Below, piece by piece: positions 36,812 to 49,073 of a DNA stretch of 64,000 nucleotides. Each line of letters starts with the position of its first letter. The first letter of the stretch is position 1. Source of the stretch: Lepidodermella squamata (Eukaryota; Animalia; Gastrotricha); contig JBLDXI010000013.1 of the NCBI GenBank assembly GCA_047495785.1, forward strand, positions 1,674,001-1,738,000, written 5' to 3'. The translations under genes and the position numbers were made by a program. The notes below the pieces were generated by a model that was not told where the DNA came from, ran no database searches, and saw only the letters and a program-made list of their open reading frames with translations.

Positions 36812-39800
36812 TAATTCAATTTCCAAGGAAAAATTGCAGCTTTTCTTGTGTAAAAAGCAAACTCGTCATTTCAACTTTTCTGTCAGCTCATCATTATTTT
36901 GCCAGTATTCAATAGAAATAACAATGAAAATTAATTGTATCCTTATTTTGTCTGATATTTCACCAGTTGCAGAACAAAGCTTTCTCTAAATTAACTCTGC
37001 ATTCATGCGGTTACTGCAAACGCGAGCGCAAATAATGACACCTGCAAGTTTTGTTTTAACAAATTTGCAAAAACGTGGATAATACTTCATGAATCATCGC
37101 TCACCGGAGAAAATAAGTAATACAGGTAGTCAATTTCTTTTGATTCATCTGTGTGACTTTTGATACCTCCATTCATTATTTTATGAACTAAATGTATGTT
37201 GATGCAAACTGCTTGGCAACGGGGAGCGCCACGAGGATGGTGGAAATTTGAAATTGTTCATGTTAACGCATCCAAATCACGCAGAAAGTTGATCCCTTGA
37301 ACTTACATGCATCTTACACTTCTAATTCTTCACTTGACGCTTCTCCTGCCGGGTAAATTATTTGCTGAATGTTCGTCATTGAATCGCCCCCGCAACCCTG
37401 ATTTTTTACAGGTTCCCTTGCATTGAACTGGTGAGTGCCGTAGGCCGTAGGTCATTGTGTTCGAGAAAATATTTAACTTGTTTCTTCCGTAAGTTATTCT
37501 TGCACTAGCTGCCAATCAGATTGGACTACAAGTGCGAATTCGAAGGAAGCCTGCAAATCTGGATACTATTGTTACGTTGGTTTAATTTGCTATGATTCGA
37601 TTCAGCTTCTTGAAATTTCTTGAACGCAGGAAACTGTAACCGTGGCACTCTTCAACTTACCTTACTACGTTTCTCGCGGTTGTATTAGCGCCTGTCCTAC
37701 AGAGCCCACGATTTACTCGGGAGATGCTATATACAGCAACACGAAAACAGTGAATACCTATTAGAACTTATTAAGGCTTAAACTACCATTTGCATTACAG
37801 ACTTGCTGCAATACGAAGGATTACTGCAATGGCGCAAGTGGTTTCCTAAGTCGTACAAGTTTGGCCCAAAGTGCATCATACGCTATAACAATGTTCTCCA
37901 TTTACCTGATATCGTAACACCCCATGCGTCGAATAGCGTTAGATAAAAGAACTCCGTCTTCAAATTAACATGGATGAATGTGCTACAATGTGACAATTCA
38001 GTTGAAAATAATATACACGCGTCTTGCATGTCGTCAGATTTCGAATAAATGCAAATTGCGCAATTATTACGTAAATATGCTACTCCATCGCGGGTGAAAT
38101 AAAGCAACAGAAAGACTGATACCATGAGAAAGCAATTTTGCCAATCGAACAAAACATCGAAGATACGCAGAGTAAGGTGATGTGCTATGTGCTCCTCAGT
38201 GGTCCTGAGTTCTTCTGCTGCAATGACGCTGTGATGATAGTATGATACTGGGCCACATAATATTGCATTTCGATTATTTGATTTGCTCTGAAATCATGAG
38301 ACAACGAGAAGCTCCCACTTAGTCAAAAGTTCAGCCTTCCATAAAACGCCAAGCGGGCTTTCAAGCGAGAAAACCCAAGATACATGCATAGACCGGCGAC
38401 GTTCGGCACAAGGTAAAGGGTAAACGACCATTCGACATAATCACACTAAGAAGGATTACGGAAGTGACCTTGGCGATCGAAACTCAGCCATGGCTTGAGA
38501 TGAATAATCGAGCGTCGACAATGCGCTCGAGATTGGTTTCTATGAATCGGCGCAAATGTATTTTCTTCAGGTTGATTCTGCAGTAAAGAATTCTTCTAGG
38601 GGATTTCCCAGAGGCTCAAACTAACAGCTGCAGCTCGAAGACATCTCGCCTTCGAAAACTGAAAACTGAACGAAAAAACATCACGAACGCCAAAAAAACA
38701 TGCGACTAAAAGCCTGACCTGGTTTCATAAGGTATATGAGATTTTGATTTATTTGTTTGATTAGTTGTCAATATTTGTTTTGATTTTACAAAATGTCTAG
38801 GATTTTCCCGCTCGAATTCGAAAGCCTCAGGGGTTGCGTTTTCGGGTTCTCGGTTTTTCTCATGCAGGGTTCCTTCGGTTCAACATCGAACATCGACAGA
38901 CTACTGATTTTCCAAGCTCCAAGCTCACATATATTTTGTTGGAGTATGCTGGAGAGGCGACGAATGAGAGCCATCGGGGCAGATATGTACCCAAAACTGG
39001 TCCTTTTGGCCAGTGTGGTCCACGGGCGGGAACTGGCGGGACACAAACCGGAGTCAAAACCAATAAAACGCCATAAAACCAGTGAATATTACGTCTAAAT
39101 ATCACTCCAATTCCCATTCTAGCGCGAAAATTGCTCTCCATACTCACCTGTCGCTGCTTTCGCGGGTTCGACTGGTTTTTAACAAAATTCGTCTTTTTTG
39201 CGCCTTTGCAACTAGAAAAAAGCCACCTGCGAGCTGCGAGCGAAGCGAGCTTCAGCTGACGATATTTTTTTTACTTTTTGGACCAGGGATATATTAGGAA
39301 GAGGGTAAAAAGGCAGTTCGTTTTGGTGTCAATTTCTGACTCGGAGTCAGTTTTAACTGATCTTCTGACTCGTTTCGTAGTAAAAAATTATTTAGTATCG
39401 GAGTCAGCCATGAGTCAAAAAATGCTCAAAAGAGTCCAAATGACTCCGGAGTCAGCCCGTGGACCACGCTGCTTTAGGCTTAAGGCAAAAGGGTGCAAAC
39501 GTGGCGAGCCGCCAGCCATATCCGACTCACTCCCTTCCACACGCTGAGATCAGAGTGTTAAGCCGTGCTATCATCAAGCCCAAAAGGTTTTATCGCTTCT
39601 TGTCTGCCTTGCCCTGGTGCTCATTTCATAGCCAGTCGAAGTTAGATGGAGAGGCGAGAGGCGGTGTTCAAGAGCTTATATTGAATAGGAAAGAACAAAT
39701 AGATAAAAGCTTCGAAAGGCTTGGATATTTTGGATTGGAAATCAATTTTGCTAAAAAAATTGTACACGCTATTATTTACTTATTGTGTCATATAATGAAA

Positions 39801-40201
39801 AGCTAGGATGTTTTCATTTTGTCACCATGAAACGTCAAAACATGGCAACCCCAGGTTTTTTCTACTATTGTCACCTTTCTGATTCATGGTTTGAATTTTG
39901 TATGTAGTATGTAATTTTAACACTTGCCTCGCATAAAATTTATGGTAAAGCTGAGGACCTGGTGGCATTGTCACCTGTCACTGTAGGACGTTGGGCATAG
40001 TGAATAGTGAGTGATGCAATAGATAAAACGCGGAAATGCTAGGCTGCTATTTTTGGTTGGCACCTGATTCGTTTTTCACAAATAACTCACCTGTAAGTAA
40101 TCCTATAATGGTATACACTTTTCTCGATTCAATTTTCTTGATTTCGCATGGGAATGTTCATATTTAGATTTATTATTTGTCTTCAGTCTTTCGGTGCTCG
40201 C

Positions 40202-43200
40202 ATGATTGAAGATCGTCAAGGTGAAGTGTTTTATGACGATGACTCGATGGGCGAAGAGCTAAGTAATGATGGTTTCAGCTATAGAGCACTCTCAAGGCAC
40301 CGGGCCGTTGATCCATCTGTTGAAGAAGAGAGTGAGGAGACTTCGGTAAAATTGTATATATATTCTATGACCTTTTCTCATGTGTTATGTCGCGCCAGAT
40401 TTTTATGGCTTTGATATGGCAACAAAACAAACTGGGAGCCGCCTACTATGACACTGAAAATTGCATTCTTTTCGTCTCACATGATTACTCAGAATTCCCC
40501 GATTTCCAAAACTGCAGACTATTGTTGCAACAAGTTGCGCCGTCAACTGTAATAACGATGGCTAAGCTTGACTCTCGATTTGGAGAATTCTTACGGGAAT
40601 CCTGTGAAGAGGACACGGATAGTAATGTTGGGATCGGGGGGCAGTCAGGAAGTGGTACAATGACAGCCGCTAATTCGGTCAGTGTCAGTCGCTCGGCTTA
40701 CAGCTCCTCACGGCTGTCTGCGGAAACCCTGCCTTTTAAGCTCGCTATGCTGCCTAATCAAGATTTCGGTAATGCGCATTTTTCTACAGATTATATTGAC
40801 AGCTATACGTGAACCTTCGTCAAAGCCAATAATATCTATGATTCATGATTGCTTCCATTCTCCATACTTTCACTGTCTTATCTGCGCGTTTAAAATGCAA
40901 TATTCGAGTCAAAATTGTTTTAAAGCGCTTTCTTTGAAAAGTGGCGCTTTTATTTTTATTTAACTTATTTTTGGGAAATTTAGGTTTCGGTGTTGCCAAA
41001 CAACGATTGACGCAACTGCGCTTGCCTGGAATGCTTGATAACATGACCGAATCAGAGCGATCGGTATTTTTTTCCGCACTGTTTCCAGTGGAATCTGTTA
41101 ATTCCTACCGAGCGGCCGGAGGACTAATGAAATATCTTACCGAGAAGCGTGTAGGCATCGAATTGGAAGACGACACGGCTGTTACTCCGGTTAATGCTGT
41201 GAGGCCATTCAAACTGGAGCATATCATGTTGCTGAATCGCGATACGTACTTCGGCCTTCAGATATTCTCGCCGCTGTCGCATCCATCTGTTTACAAAGCT
41301 GCCTCTAGAAACAGTGGCAAAGAAGGCCTCAGTCTTCGCTTACTCCTTCAAACTCATTGCAAATCCGCTGTTGGCCGAAAATGCATGTCGTTATGGTTGC
41401 TTCGACCGCTCCAGAGTTTAGAGCTTATCCAGGAAAGGCTTCATGCCGTCAAATTTTTCACGAATCAAAGTAACTCAGAGGTTGTTCAGGTAAGATATAA
41501 AATAATATGAACGATGATATGTTTATTAGTTATCTTAGAATATGCAATCTAGCATCAAACGGATTCGAGATGTCAGTCGGATAATTTTTCGAATGGTCCA
41601 CACTCCCATCTCCGTATCGGAGTGGAAAACCTTTCGTGACTCATTGCGTGCTGTTTGCGAGCTGGTCGAGGTTTGCAGGCGCAATCACGGGAAAATTCAG
41701 GCATTGGATCGAGTTTTACGCTTCCCCTCTGACGCCGCAATGGCTCAGTCCGGCAGACTTCTCGAAGGCATGGACCTCATAAATCGCGTGATTGATTTTG
41801 AACAATCAGCCGTCGACAGAAAGTGTCACGTCAGACCCAACGTTGACCCAGCTTTGGACGAAAGTATATTTCAATACAGAAATAGTGGTACAGTGGGTTA
41901 TTTTCTGTTTGATCTTAGAACGGCGCATCTACGCCTCGATTCATGGAATAATGGCCAATGTGGCTGCGGAAGAGTCGAATGAACTCATGCCCTTCATCAA
42001 TGGAACAATCCATGTAACATACGAACCGCAGCTCGGATTTTTTGTGACGATTCCTGAAACTGAAGAAATGCGATTGACCAAAGCATACGATATCCCCGGG
42101 TTGGAATATCGCTACGTTATGAGCGGTATTGTCTACTACAAAAGCAGACGTACAGCTGGTAATTTGTTCTAGGCGTTGACTTTGTATTTCACCGACGTTC
42201 CTATTCAGAGCTCGATCAAGAGATGGGCGACATTTTCAGCAGCATGGGCGATTGCGAAATAGCCGTAATTATGAGGCTTCAAAATGCGATGCTCAACATT
42301 GTTGATCCATTGATCCACGTTATTGAATGCGCTGCTTCGATCGATTGGTAAAACTCACTAATTTGGCCAAATATTCATTGACAAGCTTTTATTCCAGCCT
42401 TCTTGCTTTCTCAGCTTGTGCCATCCAGTACAACTATTGTTGCCCTCACGTCAGTGAAGAACGCGGTATTGAAATTCTGAATGGTCGCCACCCGCTTCAA
42501 GAGCAAACTTGTCCCGAGTTCATACCGAATAATACTAAAATTGGGACTAATGAAGGATGCGTTCAAATTGTGACTGGTCCGAATTCTAGCGGGAAGAGCG
42601 TGTATCTCAAACAAGTTGCGCTTATCGTTTACATGGCACATTTAGGGTGTTTTGTGCCTGCCGAAGCTGCGTCGATTGGGCTTTGCGATCGAATATACAC
42701 AAGAATCAAAACTATGGACTCGATCGCATCAAATCTGTCGGCTTTCGTAATCGATACCAATCAAGTTATCCCGGCGGCTCTACATGCCACAAAGCGATCT
42801 CTGGTTATTTTGGACGAGTACGGAAAAGGAACTGATAATGTCGATGGAGCTGCTGTTGTCGCTGGGACTATTAATAGGTGGCTCAAAAAGCCTGAAACCT
42901 GTCCGCAAGTTATCCTGTCAACTCATCTGCTCCAGGTCGTGAATTTAAAGCTAATCATAGATTCGAAGCTTGTCTCCTATTTGGTTAGTTGAGGAAATAA
43001 TGACTCCACAGATGTATAGTTAATTTTCCAGACGACGGCAGTGTCTCGGCCCCCAAATGGCCGCTTGGTTTTTCTTTACAAACTGGTTCCCGGTCAAGCT
43101 GATGGAAGCTACGCAGCTCACATTGCCGAAGAAGGCGGTCTACCGAAAACCCTTGTCGCTCGAGCGAAAGAAATCACCGAAAACTACGTGGCTATGAAGC

Positions 43201-43361
43201 CGATCCCAACTCGGCCTGTTAGTGACGAGTTCGCAGTTCAAGCTGAGAAAATTGTTGAGAAATTCAAAGCATCAAAGTTCGTGAAAGACACAGATATCAT
43301 AAACTTTTCCAAAGACATTCTTTCTACTCAAATGGGTGCCGTTAGTAATATTTCTGGTTGA
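40202..43361 (+). CDS. MSH5: MutS homolog 5 (meiotic crossover factor); exons 40202-40345, 40399-40768, 40984-41489, 41539-41863, 41919-42158, 42209-42347, 42398-42983, 43032-43361 (~879 aa)
   Basis: MSH5-type motifs LGAAYYDT, LQIF...HPSVYK...KEGLSL, GRHPLQE, TGPNSSGKSVYLKQVALIVYMAHLGCFVPA, DRIYTRI, SLVILDEYGKGT and FLYKL. AATAAA near 43398. A 5'UTR intron is likely at 40093-40186. Confidence 0.93.
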
Positions 43362-43500
43362 TTGTTTTGATTGAATTTTCCACGTGAGGCAAGACCAATA
43401 AAATTGGAAATCAAAGTTTACTTTTTTTTATCATCAACCGAACAAACATTTGAGCAGAAATGGAAAATTAAATTATTTCTGCGCCACAGAAAGGTGATAA

Positions 43501-44731
43501 TCAGTGAACAACTTGAGTGGCGATTACTACTACGACGACGATGAACAAAACCACGGTGAAGCCGACACTCGCCAATATTAGCGACACTTTTTGACGGGCA
43601 GAGCGATAACGTTGACTGCTGAAAATACAAAAAATAAAATCAGTGTTTTCTTCAACCTAATAAACGGCAGAGAATGAAGCAGAAGAACCTAAGATTTGAT
43701 TGTTCTAGGAGAATTAATGAGCTAATAAGCCAAGTAGAGAAATCCGCTTTGCGTACCTCTCTTTGTTAGCCGTGAAGGCGCAAATAACGGCGCCGATTCC
43801 AGTTGGAGGAAAGAGTAGCGATATGATAGCGAAAATTTTGATGAAAACCTCGAGCTGGCTGAAAGATTTCAGCATGTATGGTGGCTCGGTATCTGTGGAT
43901 GAGTCGACGCATTCAAGCTCAACGGATTGCGGCGACGGGGGTGTTCCATCGTTGTAGTAAGGATAATTGTTTCCGACATCGACAGGGGATGGAAATGCGT
44001 CGCCACCTCCGTAGTGATGGTTATTATTTGTCGGAAAGTAACGCTGTTGAGCAGGGTGCATCATAGCTTGCTTCATTGCCTGCTGCTTGTAGTCGTAACG
44101 GTTGTTTTCGGGCGCCATCATCTGGTCAGACTGCGTGGGTAAAAGATGATGATATGACCGTCGGGCTTGTATTTGAGGTTGCTGGTTAGTATGATACGGG
44201 AACCTATAATGGAGGTGTCTCAAAAAAGTCCAATGAAAAACGTAAAAAGAGTAGCTACTTTGGCATGGTTGAGTAAGGAGGAGGCGGAGGGTAATGAGGT
44301 GGATGGAAGTCGTGCGGTTCTTGCTGCTGTTGTTGTTGATGGTAATGAGGTCGTTGCATATTAGCGTTGTCGTAGTTGTAAAACGGAGCTTGATGACGCC
44401 TACCCATGACCGAGCCAGTGACGCCTATCTCTGAAATGGGCGCAGGTGCGGCTGCCGGTCGCCGCGTGGCATTTGGCGGCCCATTGGGGCGTGCCATTGG
44501 AGGTATGGGGGCCAGACGGCGTTGGCTCTGAAAGTGGTGAGGATTGTTATTCGCACTTAATATGCTCGACGTTCTCGAACGAGCTGCCAAATTGTTTTGC
44601 AGTTGGGTGACCCCTAAAACGCTGCTGTGGCGCCGGGTGCCGTGGCCCATCACGCTACCGCCACTTCCGTAATTCGGACCGATTACTGGCTGAGGCTCAT
44701 TAACTCCCCATTCACGGCGTAGAGGGCTCAT
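43501..44731 (-). CDS. Proline-rich CD225/dispanin-family (PRRT-like) membrane protein; exons 44731-44259, 44203-43757, 43618-43501 (~345 aa)
   Basis: Disordered N-terminus with PPPPY. CD225-like IFAIISLLFPPTGIGAVICAFTAN...SARQKVSLILA, followed by a C-terminal TM helix (VGFTVVLFIVVVVVIA). Confidence 0.65.
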
Positions 44732-45929
44732 GCGGAAATCTCGTTGGAAGAAGCGTTAAATTGAAAATTCAATTATCTGCTCACCTCATCTTTTTTGTAA
44801 TTCCTAACATTGTCTAAAAAATTAGCCATAGCTACGTAAAAGCTTCAAGGAAAAATAGGTTTTTGTTGCAGCAAAATCCCGGCTAGGATGTAAAACGGAA
44901 AGATAACAGAGGAACAAAAGCTGCCATCATTAATATTTTTCTTGCGCTGTTCCGGCAAAAAATAACTGCAACAAAATTTGTCGGCTTTGATAGGACTAAT
45001 TCCAGCTCTTAGTATGTTATTATTTTAAAACAAAGTAATGGACATTTTTGCGTTTTACTTATCTTGCAGAAAGGTCAACTACCACCGACCGACAAACGTC
45101 ACATATAAAAGTTTCGCACAAGACGTAAAGAAGAAAAGGCATGGCAAGGTACATAATATTGTAGCAATTGTCGTCGTAAACAGCGCTAGCCCGACCAAAC
45201 TGCGCTCATTGACAACGAATCCTGTGCTCAAAGGGTACACTCGTGCGCGCTCGCTCTCTATGTCATGCGCTATCGTATTGCGAGTTAGTTTTCTTTGTTG
45301 TCGCTCACCTCTTCACGCGCCACAAGAAAGAAAACTTCGCATTGTGTCACTTTGTGTAAGACTCGATAGACCCGTGAATTTCCAGTCGTAAAACTCAGGT
45401 TGGCATTGTTTGCCTTATTATGCTATGTATTTTACCCGACCGTGGGTAGAAATTATGAAATATTTTGCGGCTAATAATGGCCGCATTACGTGTTTGCTCG
45501 CAAACAACCCCAAAGGTGTTGCTACTTCAGGATAGGCGACCCGAGTCATCAAGTCGATGAACTAGTAAGACCACTCTCTACTATCCATTATACCCACCAG
45601 CTTCCAACCCATTTGCACAAAACTCAGACACGTGGGCTTCTCGCTCTTTTATTTCGTTTATTGGCAGTTACATTATTCCATGTAAAGCGCATTCACACAG
45701 GTCCGATATAAGGATAATCGATCGTATTCTACAGAAAACTGGGATTTTTCTCTTTCAAAAGAAAACAACCTCTCTCAAGCGAGGGAAACACACGTACTAT
45801 TGACTAACTTTATTCTGGTGGTTAGGATCATGTGTCAAGTTTTTCAATCATTCTATCGTTCTGAGTTGAGTGAATTACAGCGATTATTTCCGGGATCTTC
45901 AGATTGATTAAAGTTTCGTTCCATCGGGT

Positions 45930-46315
45930 TTACATATCAGCACCGGTGTAAACGGTGCCCGGGACAGGGTAGCCGAGAAGGTGGCCACGGCCAATAGTTT
46001 CTCCAATGAAGAAGCAGAAAGCGATTTCTGCGGCGATCAATGTGTTGAGGGTCGCTTCCTGAAAAATAATTGCAAATTACTCGAATTCGTCCAGCTTAAT
46101 TAATTCAAACGCACCTTAACGGTGAGGTGTCTCCACTTGCCAGTGATGGCACTCTTATAGAGCTTTCCGAGGCCAGCTGAAACTTCGCCGAACTCGCTGG
46201 GCATCGGCGGCTTCAGTTCAACCTTGGCGTACCGCCAAAAAGTGGCAAGCTTGGGACGTGAAGCTTGAACCAAGCCAGCAGCCACCTGCGGGATCTTAGC
46301 GGCAATATTGGCCAT
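45930..46315 (-). CDS. ATP5MG: Mitochondrial ATP synthase subunit g; exons 46315-46115, 46058-45930 (109 aa)
   Basis: RPKLATFWRYAKVELKPP..., GKWRHLTVK|EATLNTLIAAEIAFCFFIGETIGRG..LGY (GxxxG motif). One 56-nt intron. Confidence 0.93.
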
Positions 46316-46908
46316 TACTTTTTTAATAAAAAGCCCTAAAATGAATAAAATAGTAAAAAAAATGAAGCAACACCAATACTTCAAATTTATCGATAGCAAT
46401 AATAATTATATTATTTACAAACAAACAAGAGAGTACAGTCACAGTAGTTATTATTACAATATCTCCTCCACATCTTCCAAATGGCATCCTGAAGACACAA
46501 TGAGAGCTACTCGTCACCAGATATGAAAACAGACCATAATACACAAAAATGCGCAATCCGACTTTGTGGGCTTCGTCAAAAATTAAAACAGGAATAAGTC
46601 CACCTTAATTGTGCACATTGTGAATTATTAGCGATTCTCCCATAGTTACACGAAGTCAATACGATATCGAAAATAGTACAATATATTATCAGAAGTTATC
46701 TTTTACCAAAAGATCAAAATTTAGGCCTCGAATAGTTTAACAGTTTCCCCGGTTGAAGGGGGACGGACGAAATAACTGGTAGGAATAAACAAGTTGGAAA
46801 GAATAAATGTGAATAAACAGGATCATGCACTTGAATATGCAATTTATTTTTCTTTTCGATCTTACGCAACAAACTACTTCCACCACCACGAAGACAAAAC
46901 AAGTCGTC

Positions 46909-49073
46909 TCACTTCATTAAAGCTCGAACAACAGACTCGGCATTGAGCGTGGCAAGATCTGCGTAGGTCTGGCCGGTTCCAACAAACACAATCGGCTTGC
47001 CAGTGGTATAGGTCATCGAAACGGCGGCGCCGACTTTGTCATCAATAGTATCAAATTTGGTCAAAACCACACCGTCGATTGATCGCGGCGGGGGAGCATC
47101 GACAAGCGCCTGGCCCGTCATATTGGCCTGGGGACCGATTGCATTATCCACAAGGGCCTGCTGGAACTTGACCAGCTGGTCGACACCGTCGTTACCAACA
47201 AGCGCCTCGCCGACAAACAAAACCAAATCAGGTTGGTTTACGTGGATCAACTTGCTAAGGGCAACCATCAAAGGACGGTTGTCTTGCATACGACCAGCCG
47301 TATCCACCAGAACAACGTCAAAGCCCGATGATCGAGCGTAGTTGATAGCTTCCATAGCAACACCAGCTGCGTCTTTTCCGTAACCACGTTCAAAAACTTC
47401 GACACAATTTTTGTTGTCAACGGGGGGATGTAAAGCACTGAGGCGGCGAACGTGGGTTCGCAGTTGTTCAATAGCACCAGATCGGAAGGTATCGCAAGCG
47501 GCGATCAGAACTCGCAGACGATTTTCCATAAGCCAAAAGCAAATCTTGGCCAAGTTGGTTGATTTCCCAACACCGTTTACGCCACAAAACGTGACAATGT
47601 AAGGTCTTGCTGCAAGGCCTTCTTTCATCCGACGTTTAGCCTCCAATGCTCCGCCCAGCAAGTCGATGCGGCGGCTGGGTTGAAGCAGCTGCAAGCACGA
47701 TTCGGTAAGAGCGCTTTTCACAGCCGTGTTAATTGTCTGGAATGAGCCTAGCACCTTGCCCTCGAGGCGGGCTGCAACTGATTCACACAACTTTTCCGAG
47801 ACTTCCGCAGCCACGTTTTTAGAAATCAAATGATCACGAAGTCGCTCCAAAGTCACAGCCATAGCTTCTCTCGTCAAAGGAGCACGAGAAGCGACGCCGA
47901 CCAAAGAATCGAATAAACCCCAAACACCACCCTTTTTGCCCTGCGGCTTGTTAAGCTTAACTTCCTGTTCGGCTACATGTGCATCATTCTCTTCCTCGCC
48001 TTCTTCAAAATTAACTTCCTCGCCGTCGTCATCAGACTGGCCCAAAGCCGTTGAAATATCCTTCAAACCACCCTTCATAGACCCAATCAATTTTTTATCA
48101 GAATCACTGACGACCACTTCGGCACTACCATTCGAATTTTCAGCCGGCTTGGAGCTGTAGTCCAGCACAGCAAAATCTTTTGCTGTCCCAGCAAGTTCCC
48201 ATTTTCGGTCGCCCTTAGACTTCTTTTTCGGCTCGGCCTTTTCTTGTTTAACCGGCTCAGGTTTTTTGTTAATTCGAGCAAGCAATTTTTCGCGATTGGC
48301 TCTTATAATAGCAGCTTGCTCAGAGTCCGATCCTCCGGACATATCGCTGGATGGGCTTTGAGGTGACAATGACCCACCATTCGAAGATGGTGAAATCGGA
48401 AGGCTTGGCGGCGGCGTGATGGCGGTAGGGAGCTCATCGGGTTTCTTAATCGGCTTTTTAGTTTCAGTTTTCTCGTTTTCATTTTTTGGCTTCATAATGA
48501 GACCGGTAGCAATGGTCTTTTTCGACTTCTCCGACTCCTCAAAGGTACGCATGGTTCTGGAACAGTAATCAGAATAAACACATGGATGAAAACCATTCAT
48601 GACAATACCTTTTGGAGGCATTTTCTTTAGCATCTATTTCAACTTGTTTTTGAATGACACGAAAATCCTCCGTGAAGTCAAACGAACGGGAGAAATTGCG
48701 CGAGTGCAAGTCGTTTTTAAATTTATCGCGGAAATAAAGTTGAACATCGCTCAACAATTTGTCGACATAAGACAGCTGAATTGACGATTGGTATGCCATC
48801 ACGTATACTAGCTCAAATTCATTGTCGAGTTTATATTTTAACATCAGCTGCTTGTATTGACGCGATAGGTCTCCAAATGTTTTTTCCTGTAAGATAATTC
48901 CAAAAAAGTATACAGTTAATAAACTAATAATAGGACGCAGCACACGGCACACTTACTGGGATCAAAACATTTTGAACCAAGTCATTCACGGGCAGCTTGT
49001 ACGATTCCTGAGCGTTTTGGAAACACCATAGGACGATGCCACCCTTGCTGAAGATGACGAAGAAATCTAACAT
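46909..49073 (-). CDS. SRPRA: Signal recognition particle receptor subunit alpha; exons 49073-48957, 48886-48609, 48556-46909 (~680 aa)
   Basis: N-terminal longin start MLDFFVIFSKGGIVLWCF and YKLDNEFELV. SRP GTPase motifs FCGVNGVGKSTNLAKI, ACDTFRSGAIEQL, DTAGRMQDN and TKFDTIDDKVGAA. Confidence 0.95.

Noticed and set aside
38700-39300. Repeat-like block containing several short ORFs
   Set aside because: It is probably a transposon fragment, but no convincing TIR pair, target duplication or transposase motif could be established.
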